Source of the DNA: Chiloscyllium plagiosum
Taxonomy: Eukaryota
Direction of reading: 5' to 3'
Length of the DNA stretch: 40,562 bases
Assembly (NCBI RefSeq): GCF_004010195.1
Contig: NW_025214231.1
Location: forward strand, 1 to 40,562
Shown one piece after another: positions 15,001 to 30,000 of this stretch. Below the pieces are notes generated by a model. That model did not search any database. It saw only the letters and a list, made by a program, of their open reading frames with translations, and was not told the origin of the DNA. A program made the translations under genes and the position numbers. Each line of letters opens with the position of its first letter. The first letter of the stretch is position 1.

Positions 15001-18000
15001 GTCACAGTGAGCGAGACTGTGTAACGTGGCTCACACTGTCACAGTGAGTGAGAGAGTGCAATGTGGCTGACACTGTCACAATGGGTGAGAGGGTGTAATG
15101 TAGCTCACACTGTCACAGTGAGTGAGTGTGTGTAATGTGAATCACGCTGTTACATTGAGCGAGAATGTGTAATGTGACCATCACTGCCACATTGAGTGAG
15201 AAAGTCTGTTGTAGCTCACAGTGTTACAGTGAGCGAGAGTGTGTAATGTGAATCATATTGTCACAGTGAACAAGAGTGTACAATGTGACTCACACTGTCA
15301 CAGTGAGCGAGAGAGTGTAATTTGGCTTACGCTGACACAGTGAGCGAGAGAGTGTAATGTGACATACGCTGACACAGTAACTGAGGATGTATAATGTGAG
15401 ACACATTGTCACAGTGCGCGAGGGTGTGTAATGTGGCTCTCACTGTCACAGTGAGCGACAGTGTGTAATATGGCCCTCATGTCACAGTGACCGCGAGAGT
15501 GTAATGTGACACACACTGTGACAGTGAACGAGGGTGTGTAATGTGGGCCACACTATCATAGTGAGTGAGAGTGGTAATGAGGCTCACACTGTCACAGCGG
15601 GTGAGAGAGTGTAATGTAGCTCACACTGTCACAGTGAGCGAGAGAGTGTAATGCGGTTCATACTGTCACTGTGTGCGAGAGTGTGTAATGTGGCTCACAC
15701 TGTCACAGCGAGCGAGAGTGTGTAATGTGGCTCACACTGTCACAGTGAGCGACTGTGTGTAATGTAGCTCACACTGTCACAGTGATCGAGATTGTGTAAT
15801 GTACCTCTCACAATGTCACAGCGAGCTAGAGTGTTTAATGTGGCCCACACTATCATAGTGCGTGAGAGTGTGTAATGTGGCTCACACTGTTACAGTGGGT
15901 AAGAGTGTGTAATGCGGCCCACACTATCAATGTGAGCGAGAGTGTGTAATGTGACTCACACTATCACAATGAGCGACAGAGTGTAATGTGACTCAGACTG
16001 TCACAGTGAGAAACAGAGTGTGATGTAGCTCACACTGTCGCAGTGAGCGAGAGTGTGTCATGTGTCTCACACTGTCACAGTGAGCGAGAGTGTGTAATGT
16101 GACTCGCACTGTCACCGTGAGCGAGAGTGTGTAATCTGACTCACACTGTCACAGTGAGCGAGAGAGTGCAATGTGGCTCACATTGTCACAATGGGTGAGA
16201 GGGTGTAATGTAGCTCATACTGTCACAGTGAGTGAGTGTGTGTAATGTGAATCACGCTGTTACATTGAGCGAGAGTGTGTAATTTGACTCACTGTCACAG
16301 TGAGCGAGAGAGTGCAATGTGACTCACACTGTCACAATGGGCGAGAGAGTGCAATGTGGCTCACACTGTCACAGTGAGTGAGTGTGTGTAATGTGAATCA
16401 CGCTGTTACATTGAGCGAGAGTGTGTAATTTGACTCACACTGTCACAGTGAGCGAGAGAGTGCAATGTGGCTCACACTGTCACAATGGGCGAGAGAGTGC
16501 AATGTGGCTCACACTATCACAATGGGCGAGAGGGTGTAATGTAGCTCACACTGTCAGAGTGAGTGAGTGTGTGTAATGTGAATCACACTGTTACATTGAG
16601 CGAGAATGTGTAATGTGACCAACACTGTCACATTGAGCGAGAAAGTCTGTTGTAGCTCACAGTGTTACAGTGAGCGAGGGTGTGTAATGTGAATCATATT
16701 GTCACAGTGAACGAGAGTGTGCAATGTGACTCACACTGTCACAGTGAGCGAGAGAGTGTAATGTGACTTACACTGACACAGTGACTGAGAATGTGTAATG
16801 TGAGCCACATTGTCACAGTGAGCGAGAGTGTGTATTGTGGTCCACACTGTCATTGTGAGTGCGAGAGTGTTTTGTAGCTCAACATGTAACAGTGACTCAT
16901 ACTGTCAAAGGAAGCGAGAGTGTGTAATGTGGCTCACACTGTCACAGTGAGCAGGAGAGTGTAATGTGGTTCACACTGTCACAGTGAGCGAGAGTTTGTA
17001 ATGTGGCTCACACTGTCACAGTGAGCAGGAGAGTGTAATGTGGTTCACACTGTCACAGTAAGCGAGAGTTTGTAACGTGGCTCACACGGTCACAGTGAGC
17101 GAGAGAGTGTAATGTAGCTCACACTGTCACAGTGTGCGAGAGTGTGTAATGTGGCTCACATTGTCACAGTGGGCGAGAGAGTGTAATTTAGCTCACGCTG
17201 TCACAGTGAGCGAGAGAGCATATTGTAGCTCACATTGTTACAGTGAGCGAGAGTGTGTAATGTGACTCATACTGTCACAGTGAGCGAGAGTGTGCAACGT
17301 GGCTCACACTGTCACAGTGACCGAGGGTGAGCAATGTGGCTCACACAGTCACAATGACCGAGAGTGTGTAATGTGGCTCACACTGTCACAGTGGGCGAGA
17401 AAGTGTAATGTGACCCACACTGTCACAGTGAGCAAGAGAGTGTATTGTAGCTCACAGTGTTACAGTGAGCGAGGGTGTGTAATGTGACTCACACTGTCAC
17501 TGTGCGCGAGAGAATGTAATGTGACTCACACTGACACAGTGACTTAGAATGTGCAATGTGAGACACATAGTCACAGTAAGCGAGCATGTGTAATGAGGTC
17601 CACACTGTCACAGTGTGTGAGAGTGCGTAAGGTGGCTCATACTGTCACAGTGGGTGAGAGAGTGTAATGTTACACTCACTATCACAGAGTGTGAAAGTGT
17701 GTAATGTGGCCCACACTGTCACTGTTTGTGAGAGTGTGTAACGCGTCTCACACTGTCACAGTGAGCGAGAGTATGTAATGTGAATCATACTGTCACAGTG
17801 AGCGAGAGTGTGCAACTTGGCTCACACTGTCACAGTGTGCGAGGGTGAGCACTGTGGCTCACACAGTCACAGTGAGCGAGAGTGTGTAATGTGATTCACA
17901 CTGTCACAGTGAGTGAGAGTGTGTAATGTCGCTCACGCTTTCATTGTGAGCGAGAATGTGTAACGTGGCTCACACTGTCACAGTGAGTGAGAGTGAGTAT

Positions 18001-21000
18001 TGTGGCTCACATTGTCACAGTGAGCGAGAGAGTGTAATGTGATTCACACTGTCACAGTGAGCGAGAGTGTGTAATGTGACTCGCACTGTCACCGTGAGCA
18101 AGAGTGTGTAATGAGACTTACACTGTCACAGTGAGCGAGAGAATGCAATGTGGCTCACACTGTCACAGTGAGTGAGTGTGTGTAATGTGAATCACGCTGT
18201 TACATTGAGCGAGAAAGTGTAATGTGACCAACTCTGTCACATTGAGCGAGAAAGTCTGTTGTAGCTCACAGTGTTACAGGGACCGAGGGTGTGTAATGTG
18301 AATCATATTGTCACAGTGAACAAGAGTGTGCAATGTGACTCACACTGTCACAGTGAGCGAGAGAGTGTAATGTGACTCACACTGTCACAGTGAGCGAGAG
18401 AGTGTAATGTGACTTACGCTGACACAGTGACTGAGAATGTGTAATGTGAGACACATTGTCACAGTGAGTGAGAGTGTGTAATGTGGCCCACACTATTACA
18501 GTGTGCGAGAGTGTGTAATGTAGCTCACACTGTCACAGTGAGCGAGTGTGAGTAATGTAGTTCACATTGTCACAGTGATTGAGAGAGTGTAATGTAACTC
18601 ACACTGTCACAGTGAAGCTCACAGTGTTACAGTGAGCGAGGGTGTGTAATGTGAATCATATTGTCACAGTGAACAAGAGTGTGTAATGTGACTCACACTA
18701 TCACAATGAGCGACAGAGTGTAATGTGACTCAGACTGTCACAGTGAGAAACAGAGTGTAATGTAGCTCACACTGTCGCAGCGAGCGAGAGTATGTAATGT
18801 AGCTCACACTGTCGCAGTGAGCGAGAGAGTGCAATGTGACTCGCACTATCACAGTGAGCGAGAGAGTGCAATGTGGCTCACACTGTCACCATGGGTGAGA
18901 GGGTGTAATGTAGCTCACACTGTCATAGTGAGTGAGTGTGTGTAATGTGAATCACGCTGTTACATTGAGCGAGAATGTGTAATGTGACCATCACTGTCAC
19001 ATTGAGCGAGAAAGTCTGTTGTAGCTCACAGTGTTACAGTGAGCGAGGGTGTGTAATGTGAATCATATTGTCACAGTGAACAAGAGTGTGCAATGTGACT
19101 CACACTATCACATTGAGCGAGAGAGCGAGAGACTTACGCTGACACAGTGACTGAGGATGTATAATGTGAGACACATTGTCACAGTGCGCAAGGGTGTGTA
19201 ATGTGGCCCACACTGTCACAGTGAGCAAGAGTGTGTGTAATGTGGCTCTCACTGTCACAGTGAGCGACAGTGTGTAATATGGCCCTCATGTCACAGTGAC
19301 CGCGAGAGTGTAATGTGACACACACTGTGACAGTGAGCGAGGGTGTGTAATGTGGCCCACACTATCATAGTGAGTGAGAGTGGTAATGCGGCTCACACTG
19401 TCACAGCGGGTGAGAGAGTGTAATGTAGCTCACACTGTTACAGTGAGCGAGAGAGTGTAATGTGACTTACACTGACACAGTGAATGAGAATGTGTAATGT
19501 GAGACACATTGTCACAGTGCGTGAAGGTGTGTAATGTGGCCCACACTGTCACAGTGAGCGAGGTTGTGTAATGTTACTCACACTATCACAGTGAGCGAGA
19601 GTGTGTAACATGGCTGATGGTGTCACAGTGAGCGAGAGAATGTAATGTGACTCACACTGTCACAGTAGGTGAGAGATTGTAATGGAGCTCACACTGTCAC
19701 AGTGAGCGAGAGAGTGTAATGTGACTCACTCTATCACAGTAAGCAAGAGTGTGTAATGTGGCTCAATCTGTCACGGGGTGAGAGAGTGTGTAATGTGAAT
19801 CACGCTGTTACATTGAGTGCGAATGTGTCATGTGACACGGTCACAGTGAGCAAGAGAGTGTAATGTGACTCCCATTGTCACAGCGAGTGAGAGTGTGCAA
19901 TGTGACTCATACTCTCACAGTGTGCGAGAGTGTTTACTGTGGCCCACACTATCACAGGGACTGAGAATGTGTAATGTGAGCCACATTGTCACAGTAAGCG
20001 AGAGTGTGTAATGTGGCCCACACTGTCACAGTGTGCGAGAGTGTGTAACCTGGCTCACACTGTCACAGTAAGAGTGTGTAATGCTACTCACACTGTCACA
20101 GTGAATGAGAGTGTGTATTGTGGTCCACACTGTCACAGTGAGCAAAGGTGTGTAATGTGGTTCACACTGTCACAGAAAGCGAGATTGTGTAATATGGCTC
20201 ACATTATCACAGTAAGCGAGAGTGTATAACGTGGCCGATGGTGTCACAGTGAGCGAGAGAATGTAATGTGACTCATAGTCTCACAGTGAGTGAGAGTGTG
20301 TCATGTGGCCCACACTATTACAGTGTGCAAGAGTGTGTAACGTAGCTCACACTGTCACAGTGAGCGAGTGTGAGTAATGTAGATCACATTGTCACAGTGA
20401 TTGAGAGAGTGTAATGTAACTCACACTGTCACAGTGAGTGTGTGTCTGTATTGTGGCCCACCCTGTCACATTGAGCGAGGGTATGTAATGAGGTTCACAC
20501 TATCACAGTGAGCGAGAGAGTGTAATGTAGCTCACTCTGTCACTGTGAGCGAGAGTGTGTAATGTGGCCCACACTGTCACAGTGAGCGCGAATGTGTAAT
20601 GTGACTCACACTGTCACAGTGAGCGAGAGTGTGTAATGTGGCCCACACTGTCACAGCGAGCGCGAGTGTGTAATGTGACTCACACTGTCACAGTGAGCGA
20701 GTGTGTGTAATGCAGATCACATTGTCACAGTGATTGAGAGAGTGTAATGTAACTCACACTGTCACAGTGAGTGTGTGTCTGTAATGTGGCTCACGCTGTC
20801 ACATTGAGCGAGAGTGTGTAATGTGGGGCATACTGTCACAGTGAGCGGGAGAGTGGAATGAAGCTCACACTGTCACAGTGAGCGAGAGTGTGTAATGTGG
20901 CTCACACTGTATCAGTGACCGCGAGTGTGTAATGTGGCTCATGCTCTGAAAGTGACCGTGAGTGTATGTAATGTGGCTCCCACTGTCACAGTGAGCGAGA

Positions 21001-24000
21001 GTGTGTAATGTTGCCCACACTGTCACAGTGAGCGAGAGTGTGTAATGTGGCCAACACTGTCATAGTTGAGAGAATGTGTGTAACGTGGCCCACACTGTCA
21101 AAGTGACTGCAAGTGTGCAATGTGGCTCACGCTGTCACAGTGACCGTGAGTGTGTGTAATGTGGCCCTCACTGTCACAGTGAGTGACAGTGTGTAATGTG
21201 GCCCACGCTGTCACAGTGATTGCGAGAATGTAATGTGACACACACTGTGACAGTGAGCGAGGGTGTGTAATGTGGCCCACACTATCATAGTGAGTGAGAG
21301 TGGTAATGTGGCTCACACTGTCACAGCGAGTGAGAGAGTGTAATGTAGCTCACACTGTCACAGTGAGCGAGAGAGTGTAATGCAGTTCATACTGTCACTG
21401 TGTGCGAGAGTGTGTAATGTGGCTCACACTGTCACAGCGAGCGAGAGTGTGTAATGTGACTCACACTGTCACATTGTGCTAGAGTGTGTAATGTGGCTCA
21501 CACTGTCACAGTGAGCGACAGTGTGTAATGTAGCTCACACTGTCACAGTGATCGAGAGTGTGTAATGTACCTCTCACAATGTCACAGCGAGCTGGAGTGT
21601 TTAATGTGGCCCACACTATCATAGTGAGTGAGAGTGTGTAATGTGGCTCACACTGTTACAGTGCGTGAGAGTGTGTAATGCGTACCACACTATAAATGTG
21701 AGCGAGAGTGTGTAATGTTACTCACTATCACAATGAGCGACAGAGTGTAATGTGACTCAGACTGTCACAGTGAGAAACAGAGTGTAATGTGGCCCACACT
21801 GTCACAGTGAGTGAGAATGTGTAATGTGGCTCACACAGTTACAGTGGGTGAGAATGTGTAATGCGGCCCACGCTGTCAATGTGAGCGAGAGTGTGTAATG
21901 TTGCCCACACTGTCCCAGTGAGCAAGAGTGTGTAATGTGGCCCACACTACCATAGTGAGTGAGAGTGGTAATGTGGCTCTCACTGTCACAGCGGGTGAGA
22001 GAGTGTCATGTAGCTCACACTGTCACAGTGAGCGAGAGAGTGTAATGCGGTTCATACAGTCACTGTGTGCGAGAGTGTGTAATGTGGCTCACACTGTCAC
22101 AGCGAGCGAGAGTGTGTAATGTGACTCACACTGTCACATTGTGCTAGAGTGTGTCATGTAGGCTCACACTGTCACAGTGAGTGAGAGAGTGTCATGTATC
22201 TCACACTGTCACAGTGAGCGAGAGAGTGTAATGCGGTTCATACTGTCACTGTGTGCGAGAGTGTGTAATGTGGCTCACACTGTCACATTGTGCTAGAGTG
22301 TGTAATGTGGATCACACTGTCACAGTGATCGAGAGTGTGTAATGTGGCTCACACTGTCACAGTGAGCGACTGCGTGTAATGTAGCTCACTGTCACAGTGA
22401 TCGAGAGTGTGTAATGTACCTCTCACAATGTCACAGCGAGCTAGAGTTTTTAATGTGGCCCACACTATCATAGTGAGTGAGAGTGTGTAATGTGGCTCAC
22501 ACTGTTACAGTGCGTGAGAGTGTGTAATGCGGCCCACACTATCAATGTGAGCGAGAGTGTGTAATGTGACTCACACTATCACAATGAATGACAGAGTGTA
22601 ATGTGACTCAGACTGTCACAGTGAGAAACAGAGTGTAATGTAGCTCACACTGTCACAGTGAGCGAGAGTGTGTAATGTGGTTCACACTGTCACAGTGAGT
22701 GAGAGTGTGTAATGTGGCTCACAATGTCACAGTGAGCGAGAGTGTGTAATGTCGCCCACACTGTCACAGTGAGTGAGAGTGTGTAATGTGGCTCACACTG
22801 TTACAATGGGTGAGAGTGTGTAATGCGGCCCACGCTGTCAACGTGAGCGAGAGTGTGTAATGTGACTCACACTATCACAATGAGCGACAGAGTGTAATGT
22901 GACTCAGACTGTCACAGTGAGAAACAGAGTGTAATGTAGCTCACACTGTCACAGTGAGCGAGAGTGTGTAATGTAGCTCACACTGTCACAGTGAGCGAGA
23001 GTGTATAATGTGGTTCACACTTCACAGTGAGTGAGAGTGTGTAATTTCACCCACACTGTCACAGTGAGTGAGAGTGTGTAATGTGGCTCACACTGTTACA
23101 GTGGGTGAGAGTGTGTAATGCGGCCCATGCTGTCAATGTGAGCCAGAGTGTGTAATGTGGCTCACACTGTGACAGTGAGGGAAAGTGTGTAATGTAGCTC
23201 TCATTGTCACAGTGAGGGAGAGTTTTTAATGTGGCCCACACTATCACAGTGAGTCAGAGTGTGTAATGTGGTCACACTGTCACAGTGAGCGAGAGTGCAA
23301 AATGTGGTCACACTGTCACAGTGAGTGAGTGTGTAACGTGGATCACACTGTCACAGTGAGTGAGAGTGTGTAATGTGGTCACACTGTCACAGTGAGCGAG
23401 AGTGCGTAATGTGGCTCACACTATCGCAGTGAGTGAGAGTGTGTAATGTAGCTCACATTGTCACAGTGATCGAGAGAGTGTAATGTAGATCACACTGTCA
23501 CAGTGATCGAGAGTATGTAATGTAACTCAGACTGTCACAGTGAGCGAGTGTGTGTAACATGGTTAACACTGTCACAGTGTGCAAGAGTGTGTAATGTGGC
23601 TCACACTGTCGCAGTGAGTGACAGTGTGTAATGTAGCTCACATTGTCACAGTGATCGAGAGAGTGTAATGTAGATCACACTGTCACAGTGATCGAGAGTA
23701 TGTAATGTAACTCAGACTGTCACAGTGAGCGAGTGTGTGTAACATGGTTAACACTGTCACAGTGTGCAAGAGTGTGTGAGCGAGAGTGTGTAACGTGGTT
23801 CACACTGTCACAGTGAGTGAGAGTGTGTAATGTGGCTCACACTGTTACATTGAGCGAGAGTGTGTAATGTGGTTCACACTGTCACAATGCGTGAGAGTGT
23901 GTAATTTGGCTCACAGTGTCACAGTGAGCGGGAGTGTGGAATGTAGATCACTCTGTCACTGCGAGCGAGAGTGTGTAATGTGACCCAGACTGTCACAGTG

Positions 24001-27000
24001 AGCGAGAGTGTGTGATACGACACGCACTGTCACAGTAAGCGAGAATGTGTTATGTGGCTCTCACTGTGACAGTGAGCGACAGTGTGTAATGTAGCTCTCA
24101 CGGTCACAGAGAGCTAGAGTTTTTAATGTGGCTCCCATTATCACAGTGAGTGAGAGTGTTTAATGTGGCCCACACTATCATAGTGAGTGAGAGTGTGTAA
24201 TGTGGCTCACACTGTTACAGTGCGTGAGAGTGTGTAATGCGGACCACACTATCAATGTGAGCGAGAGTGTGTAATGTGACTCACTATCACAATGAGCGAC
24301 AGAGTGTAATGTGACTCAGACTGTCACAGTGAGAAACAGAGTGTAATGTAGCTCACACTGTCACAGTGAGCGAGAGTGTGTAATGTGGTTCACGCTGTCA
24401 CAGTGAGTGAGAGTGTGTAATGCGGCCCACGCTGTCAATGTGAGCGAGAGTGTGTAATGTGGTTTACGCTGTCACAGTGACCGTGAGTGTGTGTAATGTG
24501 GCCCACACTTTGACAGTGAGCAAGGGTGTGTAATGTGGCCCACACTGTCACAGTGAGAGAGGGTGTGTAACGTGGCCCACACTTGTCACAGTGACCGCGA
24601 GTGTGCAATGTGGCTCGCGCTGTCACAGTGACCGTGGGTGTGTGTAATGTGGCTCACACTGTCACAGTGAGCGAGAGTGTGTAATGTTGCCCACACTGTC
24701 CCAGTGAGCAAGAGTGTGTAATGTGGCCCACACTACCATAGTGAGTGAGAGTGGTAATGTGGCTCGCACTGTCACAGCGGGTGAGAGAGTGTAATGTAGC
24801 TCACACTGTCACAGTGAGCGAGAGAGTGTAATGCGGCTCATACTGTCACTGTGTGCGAGAGTATGTAATGTGGCTCACATTGTCACAGCGAGCGAGAGTG
24901 TGTAATGTTGCCCACACTGTCCCAGTGAGCAAGAGTGTGTAATGTGGCCCACACTACCATAGTGAGTGAGAGTTGTAATGTGGTCCATACTACCACAGTG
25001 TGTGCGAGTGTGTAATGTGGCCCACACTGTCACAGTGAGTGAGAGTGTGTAATGTGGCTCACACTGACACAGTGACCGCGAGAGTATGTAATGTGACTCA
25101 CACTGTCACAGTGAGCGAGAGTGTGTAATGTGGCCCACATTATCATAATGAGTGAGAATGTTTAATTTGTGCCTCACTGTCACACTGAACGAGAGTGTGT
25201 AATGTGGCTCACACTGTCACAGTAAGCGACAGTGTGTAATGTGGCTCACATTTTCACAGTGAGTGAGAGTATGTAATGTGACTCACACTGTCACAGTGAG
25301 CGAGAGTGTGTAATGTGGCCCACATTATCATAGTGAGTGAGAATATTTAATTTGAGCCTCGCTGTCACACTGAACGAGAGTGTGTAATGTCACCCACACT
25401 GTCTTTGTGTGCGAGGTTGTGTAACGTGTCTCACACTACCACAGAGAGCGAGAGTGTGTAATGTGGCACACACTGTCACAGTCGGTGAGAGTGTGTATTG
25501 TGAATCACGCAGTCACAGTGACCGCGAGTGTGTGTAATGTCGCTCATACTGTCACAGTGAGCAAGAGTGTGTAATGTGGCCCTCACTGTCACATGAGCGA
25601 CAGTGTGTAATGTGGCCCTCACTGTCACAGTGACCGCGAGAATGTAATGTGACACAGACTGTCAATGTGAGCGAGGGTGTGTAATGTGGCCCACACTATC
25701 ATAGTGAGTGAGAGTGGTAATGTGGCTCACACTGTCACAGCGGGTGAGCGAATGTAATGTAGCTCACACTGTCACAGTGAGCGAGAGAGTGTAATGCAGC
25801 TCATACTGTCACTGTGTGCGAGAGTGTGTAATGTGGCTCACACTGTCACAGTGAGCGAGAGTGTGTAATGTGGCTCACACTGTTACAATGGGTGAGAGTG
25901 TGTAATGCGGCCCATGCTGTCAACGTGAGCGAGAGTGTGTAATGTGACTCACACTATCACAATGAGCGACAGAGTGTAATGTGACTCAGACTGTCACACT
26001 GAGAAACAGAGTGTAATGTAGCTCACACTGTCAAAGTGAGCGAGAGTGTGTGATACGACTCGCACTGTCACAGTAAGCGAGAATGTGTTATGTGGCTCTC
26101 ACTGTGACAGTGAGCGACAGTGTGTAATGTAGCTCTCACGGTCACAGTGAGCTAGAGTTTTTAATGTGGCTCCCATTATCACAGTGAGTGAGAGTGTTTA
26201 ATGTGGCCCACACTATCATAGTGAGAGAGAGTGTGTAATGTGGCTCACACTGTTACAGTGCGTGAGAGTGTGTAATGCGGCCCACACGATCAATGTGAGC
26301 GAGAGTGTGTAATGTGACTCACTATCACAATGAGCGACAGAGTGTAATGTGACTCAGACTGTCACAGTGAGAAACAGAGTGTAATGTAGCTCACACTGTC
26401 ACAGTGAGCGAGAGTGTGTAATGTGGTCACACTGTCACAGTGAGCGAGAGTGTGTAATGTGGCTCACACTGTCACATTGAGTTAGAGTGTGTAATGTAGA
26501 TCACACTGTCACAGTGAGTGAGAGTGGTAATGTGGCTCACACTGTCACAGCGGGTGAGAGAGTGTCATGTAGCTCACACTGTCACAGTGAGCGAGAGAGT
26601 GTAATGCGGTTCATACTGTCACTGTGTGCGAGAGTGTGTAATGTGGCTCACACTGTCACAGCGAGCGAGAGTGTGTAATGTGACTCACACTGTCACATTG
26701 TGCTAGAGTGTGTAATGTAGGCTCACACTGTCACAGTGAGTGAGAGAGTGTAATGCGGCCCACGCTGTCAATGTGAGCGAGAGTGTGTAATGTGGCTCAC
26801 GCTGTCACAGTGACCGTGAGTGTGTGTAATGTGGCTCACACTGTCCCAGTGAGCGAGAGTGTGTAATGTGGCCCACACTACCATAGTGAGTGAGAGTGGT
26901 AATGTGGCTCGCACTGTCACAGCGGGTAAGAGAGTGTAATGTAGCTCACACTGTCACAGTGAGCGAGAGAGTGTAATGCGGCTCATACTGTCACAGTGTG

Positions 27001-30000
27001 CGAGAGTATGTAATGTGGCTCATATTGTCACAGCGAGCGAGAGTGTGTAATGTGGCTCACACTGTCACAGTGAGCGACTGTGTGTAATGTAGCTCACACT
27101 GTCACAGTGATCACGCTGTCACAGTGGCCCACACTGTCACAGTGACCGCAAGTATGCAATGTGACTCACACTGTCACAGTGACCACGAGTGTGTGTAATA
27201 TGGCTCACACTGTCACAGTGAGCAAGAGTGTGTAATGTGGCCCTCACTGTCACAGTGAGCGCGAGAATGTAATGTGACACAGACTGTGACAGTGAGCGAG
27301 GGTGTGTAATGTGGCCCACACTATCATAGTGAGTGAGAGTGGTAATGTGGCTCACACTGTCACAGCAGGTGAGAGAGTGTAATGTAGCTCACACTGTCAC
27401 AGTGAGCGAGAGAGTGTAATGCGGTTCATACTGTCACTGTGTGCGAGAGTGTGTAATGTGGCTCACACTGTCACAGCGAGCGAGAGTGTGTAATGTGGCT
27501 CACACTGTCACAGCGAGCGACTGTGTGTAATGTAGCTCACACTGTCACAGTGATCGAGAGTGTGTAATGTACCTCTCACAATGTCACAGCGAGCTAGAGT
27601 GTTTAATGTGGCCCACACTATCACAGTGAGTGAGAGTATGTAACGTGGCTCATACTGTTACAGTGCGTGAGAGTGTGTAATGCGGCCCACACTATCAATG
27701 TGAGCGAGGGTGTGTAATGTGACGCACACTATCACAATGAATGACAGAGTGTAATGTGACTCAGACTGTCACAGTGAGAAACAGAGTGTAATGTAGCTCA
27801 CACTGTCACAGTGAGCGAGAGTGAGTAATGTAGATCACATTGTCACAGTGATTGAGAGAGTGTAATGTAACTCACACTGTCACAGTGAGTGTGTGTCTGT
27901 ATTGTGGCCCACCCTGTCACATTGAGCGAGGGTATGTAATGAGGTTCACACTGTCACAGTGACCGAGAGTGTGAATTATGGCTCACACTGTCACAGTGAG
28001 CGAGAGAGTGTAATGTAGCTCACTCTGTCACTGTGAGCGAGAGTGTGTAATGTGGCCCACACTGTCACAGTGAGCGCGAATGTGTAATGTGACTCACACT
28101 GTCACAGTGAGCGAGTGTGAGTAATGCAGATCACATTGTCACAGTGATTGAGAGAGTGTAATGTAACTCACACTGTCACAGTGCGTGTGTGTCTGTAATG
28201 TGGCTCACACTGTCACATTGAGCGAGAGTGTGTAATGTGGGTCACACTGTCACAGTGCGCGGGAGAGTGGAATGAAGCTCACACTGTCACAGTGAGCGAG
28301 AGTGTGTAATGTGGGTCACGCTGTCACAGTGAGCGGGAGAGTGGAATGAAGCTCATATTATCACAGTGAGCGAGAGTGTGAAATGTGGCTCACACTGTAT
28401 CAGTGACCGCGAGTGTGTAATGTGGCTCATGCTCTGAAAGTGACCGTGAGTGTATGTAATGTGGCTCCCACTGTCACAGTGAGCGAGAGTGTGTAATGTT
28501 GCCCACACTGTCACAGTGAGAGAGGGTGTGTAACATGGCCCACACTGTCAAAGTGACCGCAAGTGTGCAATGTGGCTCACGCTGTCACAGTGACCGTGAG
28601 TGTGTGTAATGTGGCTCACACTGTCACAATGAGCGAGAGTGTGTAATGTGGCCAACACTGTCACAGTGCGAGAGGGTGTGTAACGTGGTCCACACTGTCA
28701 CAGTGACCACAAGTGTGCAATGTGGCTCACGCTGTCACAGTGACCGTGAGTGTGTGTAATGTGGCCCTCACTGTCACAGTGAGCGACAGTGTGTAATGTG
28801 GCCCTCACTGTCACAGTGATCGCGAGAATGTAATGTGACACACACTGTGACAGTGAGCGAGGATGTGTAATGCGGCCCACACTATCATAGTGAGTGAGAG
28901 TGGTAATGTGGCTCACACTGTCACAGCGGGTGAGAGAGTGTAATGTAGCTCACACTGTCACAGTGAGCGAGAGAGTGTAATGCGGTTCATACTGTCACTG
29001 TGTGCGAGAGTGTGTAATGTGGCTCACACTGTCACAGTGAGCGACTGTGTGTAATGTAGCTCACACTGTCACAGTGATCGAGAGTGTGTAATGTATCTCT
29101 CACAATGTCACAGCGAGTTGGAGTGTTTAATGTGGCCCACACTATCATAGTGAGTGAGAGTGTGTAATGTGGCTCACACTGTTACAGTGCGTGAGAGTGT
29201 GTAATGCGGCCCACACTATCAATGTGAGCGAGAGTGTGTAATGTGACTCACTATCACAATGAGCGACAGAGTGTAATGTGACTCAGACTGTCACAGTGAG
29301 AAACAGAGTGTAATGTAGCTCACACTGTCACAGTGAGCGAGATGTGTAATGTGGTTCACACTGTCACAGTGAGTGAGAGTGTGTAATGTGGCTCACACTA
29401 TTACAGTGGGTGAGAGTGTGTAATGCGGCCCACGCTGTCAATGTGAGCGAGAGTGTGTGTAATGTGGCCCACACTTTGACAGTGAGCGAGAGTGTGTAAC
29501 GTGGCCCACACTTGTCACAGTGACCGCAAGTGTGCAATGTGGCTCACGCTGTCACAGTGACCGCGAGTGTGTGTAATGTGGCTCACACTGTCACAGTGAG
29601 CAAGAGTGTGTAATGTGGCCCTCACTGTCACAGTGAGAGACAGTGTGTAATGTGGCCCTCACTGTCACAGTGCTCGCGAGAATGTAATGTGACACACACT
29701 GTGACAGTGAGCGAGGGTGTGTAATGTGGCCCACACTATCATAGTGAGTGAGAGTGGTAATGTGGCTCACACTGTCACAGCGGGTGAGAGAGTGTAATGT
29801 AGCTCACACTGTCACAGTGAGCGAGAGAGTGTAATGCGGTTCATACTGTCACTGTGTGCGAGAGTGTGTAATGTGGCTCACACTGTCACAGCGAGCAAGA
29901 GTGTGTAATGTGACTCACACTGTCACATTGTGCTAGAGTGTGTAATGTGGCTCACACTGTCACAGTGAGCGACTGTGTGTAATGTAGCTCACACTGTCAC

